Shown here: one piece after another, positions 56,560 to 64,000 of the stretch
Position numbering within the stretch: position 1 is the stretch's first letter
Layout: every line of letters starts with the position of its first letter
Origin: Eledone cirrhosa
Taxonomy: Eukaryota
Assembly (NCBI GenBank): GCA_964016885.1
Contig: OZ024743.1
Location: 277,450,001-277,514,000 of the forward strand
Reading direction: 5' to 3'
Length of the DNA: 64,000 nucleotides
The notes under the pieces: model-generated
Seen by the model: the letters and a program-made list of their open reading frames with translations, nothing else
The model's database searches: none
What the model was told of the DNA's origin: nothing
Position numbers and translations under genes: made by a program

Positions 56560-58735
56560 TTGGTTAGCCTCAATCAGCGCACAAGGGATGGTGAGGTAGT
56601 GTGTCTACCCACAGATAAGTCTGGTAGGATGTCAATAGATAGCATGCCGAACTACATCGAGGCAATGCAACCCCACATCACCAACACGAGCGAAGTTGCA
56701 CAACTAACACACGATGGGAGAGAAAAAATCCTCAACGCTCACATGATGATGTGGACTGACATCCTAAAGCCAAGCAGACGCACTGCCAACAACTTCCAGG
56801 CGTCTAACAATGGCATACCACCCTTGTATGGGCTCCGCAAAGACCACAAGACAGTCGACGACCCGACAACAGGACCACCAATAAGACCCGTATGCGGAGC
56901 TAATATAGCTAGCAACTACAGGATCTCCTACTTCCTCTCAATGGTTATACGCCCCATAATCAAGATGTCCCCAGATGTATGTGAAAGTACAGAGGACCTC
57001 CTCAGCAGAATCAGTGAGTGCAACAAAAACAGGAGCCTATCCAACTGCATAATAGGCAGCATGGATGTGGTGTCACTGTACCCATCCATTAACATTGATT
57101 TTGCTGTGAAAAGATGTGTGGAGATGATCATTGAGAGTGAGGTGGAGTTCTGCGACGTCGACACAGACGAACTGGGCCTCCTACTTAGACTTACCTACGA
57201 CACTGACTACCTAGACAGCCATGACCTTAGATGTTTCTGCCCTAGTAGACCTATAAGAGGTAGACCCCCCACCATAACCTCAATGGCTAAAAAGACTCCC
57301 ATAGGAAGGTGGATTGGGTGGACCAAAGCTATACGGACCCCCCAAAACACTGATCAGGTAAGAAAAATGGTCGCACATGCTATAGGGGCTAGTATCAAAA
57401 CTACCCTAAAGGGCCACATATTTAAGTTCAATGAGAAAATCTACACCCAAAATGAGGGAGCAGCCATCGGCGTCAGCATAGCTGGTGATGTTGCCAACCT
57501 TTTCATGGTATGGTGGGAAAGGAGACTTAAAGATCTCCTTAATGAAAGCTCCATAGACCTCATCATGTACTCTCGTTATGTAGACGATATCAATATAGTT
57601 ATAAGAACACCCCCACCAGAGAGCACTAACAAGTTTGATTTAGAACGTAGCACGATGGAAAGCATCCAGTAGATAGCTAATTCCATACACCAGAGTATAA
57701 CTGTAACTATAGACTTCCCTTCCAAACACCCTAACAATAGACTACCTGTATTAGACACAGAACTCTGGATTAACACTATAGACGAGAGAGCCCAAATTCT
57801 CCACTCACACTATGCTAAACCCATGGCCTCCAAATACCTGATACTCAAAAACTCAGCAATGTCCAGTAGTGCTAAGTTTAATATTCTGATCGCAGATTTG
57901 GTACGAGTGATGAAGAATGTGTCCAGCATGTGCGACCCAACAGAAATGGAAGGACACATCCAACACTTCATCAACCGCATGCAGTTCTCTGGCTACAACC
58001 AAAGAGACAGAGTCAGAGTATACGAAGGAGCCATGGAAAAGTATAAGACCCTCATAGAACTGGACATGAAAGGAATTTGCCCACTATACAGGAGCAAATC
58101 ATGGAATAGCTTAGATAGGGCTAGACATAAGATAGGGAAGGCCACATCATGGTACGACAACCAGAGATATCAGAGTGTCATGTTTGTGGACGCCACCCCT
58201 GGAGGGAAATTAGCTAACCAGTGTAGAAAGGCCCCGAGAAAGACCCACTTAAAAATAAAGGTGGTAGAAAAGCCAGGAACCACCATAAAATCCCTGATCA
58301 GCAAAACCTACCCTTTTAAGAAAACCCACTGTACCAATAGGAAATGTATCATTTGTAAGGTGAACCCCCGGATAAACTGTAAAACTAGAAACGTAGTCTA
58401 TAGCATAAGATGTACAGAGGGTACTTGCAGAAACATGACAACAACATACATAGGTGAGACAGCTCGTAGCATAGGTGAAAGGATAGACCAACACTGGGGG
58501 GGAACTAAAAGGACGAAAAAACGGGTCAGTACTATACGAACATGCTAGACAACAACATGACGGTAACATAGACAACATAGAAATTAGAATAATATCTAAA
58601 CATAGGAATGACCCAGCAGATAGGCAAATCAGAGAGGCCAGTGAAATAGAAATTAGAAGACCAAAGCTAAACAGAAAGAATGAGTGGAACAACAACAACA
58701 CCCAAACAAACAACACTGACCTAAGAGAAGTATAA
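56560..58735 (+). pseudogene. PLE RT + GIY-YIG (right arm) with a CAG>TAG stop at 57670 and a G-run frameshift at about 58500
   Basis: Mirror of the left-arm ORF. Confidence 0.85.
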
Positions 58736-58994
58736 ATAAGTAAATAAAATAAAATAAAATAAGATAAATAAATACATACACAAGCACATAAACACACACT
58801 AGTCACCCAGCAGACACAACACTATACACACTAGTCACACATCACACATAACACTATACACACACGCAAACGCATGCGCAAAGAAGACAAAATAAAATAA
58901 GATAAACAAACAAGCAAATAAATAAATAAATATATAGACAGACTGAACAAAAAAAAAATGGCGTAGACATACAACACAACAGGAGGAACAATGA

Positions 58995-59051
58995 ATATAA
59001 CACCACTGACGATGTTGCAGATGTGCAACGAAAGATTTATGTAAATTATGT
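58995..59051 (+). ncRNA. Type I hammerhead motif in the pLTR (mirror on minus at 54000-54056)
   Basis: CA CTGACGA T GTTGCA-GATG-TGCAAC GAAAG AT TT A TG. Stem II is identical to the 14760 copy. Confidence 0.65.
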
Positions 59052-59319
59052 AAACTATATATATGTGTTTGTGTCTATATTGTATCTGTATTATTTTTGA
59101 CCGCCGGTCAGTCAATGGCAACATTGAGGACCGAGTAAGTTAGATCGCAGATATATATATATATAAAAGACAGCGAGAAGCGAAAACCAACCAAACAGTG
59201 AGTGTGTTCTGTTATTAATTCTGGCAATATTACGCAAATATGACCCTCCCCAAATATAACAATATCTGTTTCGACACACGATTTCATATAAAAAACCTCG
59301 CAAAACTAATTCATCGCCG

Positions 59320-59363
<44 letters not shown>

Positions 59364-59365
<2 letters not shown>

Positions 59366-59725
59366 AGGAGGTTATAGTTCACTTGAAACATTGTGTAATG
59401 AGGTATAAACGTTTGTATATGTATAATAAAGCCAAAACAATGCAGGTATGGACATAGAATAAAGAATGCAAATGCAAAAGATATTGTTGTCAATTAGTCT
59501 TTTACCTTAGATTTATTTAAATGTCCTTAATTTTCGAGATAATATCTCTTCTTGGTTTAACCGCTTTGCTTCCCTCCGAAGAAGAGATATTATCTCGAAA
59601 ATTAAGGACATTTAAATAAATCTAAGGTTGACTAATAGTCAACAATATCTTTTGCATTTGCATTCTTTATTCTATGTCCATACCTGCATTGTTTTGGCTT
59701 TATTATACATATACAAACGTTTATA
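59364..59725. mobile_element. Short fold-back element with an HHR-like motif
   Basis: Arms 59404-59552 and 59579-59725, tail 59364-59403. CCT CCGAAGA A GAGAT-ATT-ATCTC GAAA AT T A AGG lies at 59572-59608. Confidence 0.75.
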
Positions 59726-59931
59726 TATATATTCACATGTGTGTGTGTGTATATAAGTTTCATTACGACTATTTTATACTGTGATCATGTCATGGTTATA
59801 GGCATATAAATGACTAGAGAAAGAAAATCAACGAAAGGGAAAGTCAAACAAATAAGATGAACAAAAAACATGAAATCAGAGGTAGTGAGTAGTGACGTGA
59901 CGTGTGTGTGAAGTTGAGTATAATATATCTC

Positions 59932-59933
59932 TG

Positions 59934-59979
<46 letters not shown>

Positions 59980-60029
59980 AGGTGGTGGTGGTTGTAGTAC
60001 CAGTAGTGGTAGTAGTAGTAGTTGTGGTG

Positions 60030-60099
<70 letters not shown>

Positions 60100-60142
60100 T
60101 AGTTTTAGTAGTGGTTGTAGTGTAGTACTAGTAGTAGTAATA

Positions 60143-60216
<74 letters not shown>

Positions 60217-60265
60217 GCTGGTTGTAGTAGTGGTGGTAGTAGTACTAGTAGTAGTAGTAGTGGTT

Positions 60266-60314
<49 letters not shown>

Positions 60315-60315
60315 A
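59932..60315. repeat. (GTA)n/(GTG)n microsatellite
   Basis: Read directly from the sequence. Confidence 0.95.
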
Positions 60316-60861
60316 AGAAGATGAAGAAAAAGGAAACATGTGTGGTCCCTAAATGTCTAATACTGAGCCACTGACAGCTGCTTTTAATTTTACTTTGAAG
60401 TTTCACGTTTTAACAAGATAGTGGTGTTGATGACTCTCGTGGTGGTGTTGATGGCGGTGACTGCGGTGTTTATTACACTGTTAGACCTTATTAAGTAGAC
60501 TGATAATCATAGGCATTCCAGTCATGGCCATCACATATTTTAAAGGTTATATAGGAATACATTAATTCATATTTATTTACAGGCATCTTAAAACCAGGAA
60601 GGTGGATGAACAGGGAGGGTGATTCTGTGAAAACTGAGGGTGGCTAGTGACTATGAAATGACGGAGAGAGGGGTGATTTCGGGTCTTACTGTGTACCTTG
60701 GTTTTCATAGACTCTAGAATTTGACTGACTGAATGTGTAATTCCCTTAGTTAAGACGGCAGTGTGGGATTTGTCAGATATTTCTAGCATGTCGATCGGCT
60801 ACCCAGATGTTCCCTCGATGGAAGAGAGGGTGAAGGTGTGCATGAATATTTTCTACTAATG

Positions 60862-61045
60862 CAGTAGTTCCCAAAGTGGGTTCCACGGAACCGAAGTGAG
60901 GCGCAAATGAGTGTCTGGGGTTCCATGAAAAAGATAGAGAAGTATATTTATATTACGACCATATAACAGTATTAGATTTGGGGTTCCCCAAAACGTTTTT
61001 GAGCTCAAAAAGGGTTCCGCGTTTGAAAAAAATTTGGAAACTCTG
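60862..61045. mobile_element. hAT-type MITE
   Basis: TIRs CAGTAGTTCCCAAA and TTTGGAAACTCTG, with a perfect 8-bp TSD TACTAATG at 60854-60861 and 61046-61053. Confidence 0.85.
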
Positions 61046-61430
61046 TACTAATGTGTTCGGCGAAGCTAAAGTAGGATACTTAAATTATACTATTGTACGA
61101 ACTAAACTCTTGATCGTAGTTTCACTTGCTAAATGGAAGTATTAAGCGTAGTTAATAAAAGATAATCAATAGAGCGTCGAACTAAATGCGATGTGACATT
61201 TAGTTATCACTCTTAGTGTTCTTCATTCCAAATCATGTCGCGGACTACTATGCTTTTCATCTTTCCGATGTCTGTAAATTATCAGTCAAGAACTGATCTT
61301 GATAAAATAGACTGCAAATATATAGACCTTGCACCTATCTATATATGATCCACAACACACACACACACACGTATACACACACAGATACACAGTTACACAC
61401 ACATACACAGCACACACAGATAATCACACA

Positions 61431-61490
<60 letters not shown>

Positions 61491-61739
61491 CGTATATATA
61501 TATATATATACGTTACCATCTTCACCATTACCACCACTATAACCCCCCACCCCACCATCATCAGCACCACCACCACCACTGCCACCACCATCTCTAATGT
61601 AGCCAGCAACAGTTTTAAAATCCTCCCACCACTCTCTCGCCGTCGCAGGTCACCTCAAGGCGTCTCTCATTACAAACTGTTTTATAACCAGATTGACATT
61701 TATATTATTTCTCAATAGCCTACAGGGTCCGGTCCTGGC

Positions 61740-62478
61740 ATGTTGGCGTGGTGTTGTATGGTGTGGCCTGGTTTGGTGTGGTGTGGTGTGGTGTAGCCTG
61801 GTTTGGTGTGCTGTGGTGTCGTGTGGTGTAGCCTGGTTTGGTGTGCTGTGGTGTGGTGTGGAATGGTGTGTTGTGTTGTGGTGTGGTATATATAGTATGG
61901 TATGGTGTGCTGTGGTATGGTGTAGCATGGTGTGGTGCGGTGTGGTGTAGCCTGGTTTGGTGTGGTGTGGTGTGGAATGGTGTGTTGTGTTGTGGTGTGG
62001 TATATATAGTATGGTATGGTGTGCTGTGGTATGGTGTAGCATGGTGTGGTGCGGTGTGGTGTAGCCTGGTTTGGTGTGCTGTGGTGTGGTGTGTTGTGTT
62101 GTGGTGTGGTATAGTATGTGTGGTGTGTTGTGGTGTGGTGTGTTGTGGTGTGGTGTAGCATGGTGTGGTGAGTTGTGGTCTGGTTTGGTGTAGTGTGGTG
62201 TCGCATGGTGTGGTGTGGTGTAGCCTGGTTTGGTGTGGTGTGGTGTGTTGTGTTGTGGTATGGTATAGTATGTGTGGTGTGTTGTGGTGTGGTGTAGCAT
62301 GGTGTGGTGTGGCCTGGTTTGGTGTAGTGTGGTGTCGCATGGTGTTGTGTGGTATAGTGTGGCCTGGTTTGGCATGCTGTGGTGTGGTGCGTTGTTTTTG
62401 TGGTGTGGTATAGTATGTGTGGTGTGTTGTGGTGTGGTGTGGTGTAGTGTGGCCTCGTAGTGTGGTGTGGTGTAGTGG
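61740..62478. repeat. (GGTGT)n pentamer satellite with a 114-bp higher-order duplication
   Basis: GAATGGTGTGTTGTG occurs at 61861 and 61975. Confidence 0.9.
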
Positions 62479-62744
62479 AGATCCTTGCTAGATAATATGA
62501 CATGGCTTAGCCTAATGCTGTTGTCTGATTTGATGAGGGGCGGTGTGGATCTGTGTAACCTGGAGAGGGAAGTCAGAGTAAATTGTCTTTGTCGCTTATG
62601 TGGTGGACATAGTTTTGTATATATATGTGTCAGTGTGTATGTGCGTTTATGTGTATGTGTTTGTATGTTTTCGTGTGTTCCTACATGCCTATCTGTAACT
62701 TTTGTATATATGCACGTATATGTGTGTGGGGGTCAACTGCTGCT

Positions 62745-62813
<69 letters not shown>

Positions 62814-63303
62814 TTGGTGGTGGTAGTAGTATTTGTTGTTATTATTTTTGTTATTATTAGTATCAAGTCGCCTATTATTTATTTAATGGTTTCTCCGGTG
62901 TCAGACTGTTGAGCATGATAGCGACAATAGGGTTACAATTATACCCAATTGGGTACATGGTGTGGTGTGACATAGTGACGAGTAGCTGGGACATATACTT
63001 ACAGACACACCATAAACATACACATAATGATTATAAATATACGTACTTACATACAAATGCATACACATAATAATTATATATATATACATATACAATATAT
63101 AAATACATACATGCATAATCATTTCATAGATACATACATACGCACATTTAAGCTAATAAGCTAATATATATTTCCGTGCTATCAAAAAGGCCATGAAAGC
63201 CCTTCCATCAGCTATATGAAACGATTAAAGAATTTCTAGGGTGAAACTCATCCAAGCCATTTGACATCTACCGCCTGGTTTAACACCACTATCTAGCCGT
63301 TAA

Positions 63304-63524
63304 CCCTTTAGCATTTAAACTGGCCATATCCGGCCAGAATTCTCTCACCTCTTTCTATTTAAAGTGGTTCTAACCAGCTGCTCATACTGACGTTAAGGTA
63401 TTGTTCTCAAAATAAATAATATCAAAATGTCGTACATTCAATATTATGTGAGATAATTATGTGAGGTAAAGCCTTTATTGTGAAAATACAATAGTATATA
63501 TAGAGTAATGTAAATCCTAAAGGG
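63304..63524. mobile_element. piggyBac-type MITE
   Basis: TTAA-CCCTTTAGCATTTA ... TAAATCCTAAAGGG-TTAA. Confidence 0.8.
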
Positions 63525-64000
63525 TTAAATGCCTTTAGCGGAGCCCACACTGTTGCAAATATTCGGGATAGCTCATCTCTCTGTGAATAACTTCCTCAAT
63601 TTCTTCTACAAGGGTCATGAGTGTAGCCCTTCGAACTCCGACTAAGACCATAAGCTGTCGTAAAAAAACAACAACAACACACAAAAACGACACCAACAAC
63701 AAAAATCTACTTCACAGCTCAGCAGCTTTGCCGGCAGTTATGTTTCGCTACACTTAAAACGACTGCCCTGGATAGAAATCGCTTTTCTTGAAGACATCCA
63801 AACTTACTGAAAAGCTGTCATAGACGAAAGTGATAGATATGTAAACAAATCGCCGACTTCATCCCCACCATTCAACACTCATACATCTTTGTATAAAACC
63901 AATCCGACAGGGATGACTGTAAAATATATACAACATAATAAACAATTTGCAATCAGAGGATGAAGAGAATTTTAAAAAATTCTTGAAATTGTCTCTAGAC

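Larger units (their letters stand above)
53788..59320. mobile_element. Palindromic (head-to-head) pair of 5'-truncated Naiad-like Penelope elements
   Basis: Arms 53788-56522 and 56529-59265 are nearly identical, with a 6-nt spacer and a 55-nt tail only on the right (59266-59320). (TA)n lies on both sides. Confidence 0.92.

Noticed and set aside
54315-58735. Selenoprotein-type Naiad (in-frame UGA plus SECIS)
   Set aside because: There is no in-frame TGA in the retained coding region, the stop at 57670 is TAG and arm-specific, and no convincing SECIS was seen.
53788-59265. Palindrome as a pure read-chimera artefact
   Set aside because: The arms differ by substitutions, and the tail asymmetry matches the independent copy at 14505. 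It is not fully excluded without reads.
61650-62503. His/Thr/Pro-rich 200-260 aa ORFs
   Set aside because: A pentamer satellite lacking stop codons, open in all three minus frames.

Overview
This is AT-rich, microsatellite-dense eukaryotic DNA, most likely from an octopus or other coleoid cephalopod, judged from the recurring tRNA-headed SINEs. No intact host gene is evident, and most ORFs in the track are microsatellite translations. The window holds many decayed transposons: tRNA-SINEs, an RTE LINE and bipartite RTE derivatives, CRE-, R4- and CR1-like 3' fragments, a mariner, a Chapaev-like transposase, and hAT, piggyBac and Tc1 MITEs. The dominant theme is a set of Penelope-like elements (PLEs) and non-autonomous relatives inserted in (TA)n tracts. 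It includes a young 5.5-kb near-perfect palindrome made of two head-to-head copies of a Naiad-like PLE (RT + GIY-YIG), two Hydra-clade-like PLEs, and about ten short fold-back elements. Many of these carry type I hammerhead ribozyme (HHR) motifs, including a 469-nt tandem retrozyme-like unit and HHR core variants. Some elements have tRNA-like heads but the same fold-back-plus-tail architecture, suggesting SINE-like passengers of PLE machinery. All calls are by eye and no database searches were run.
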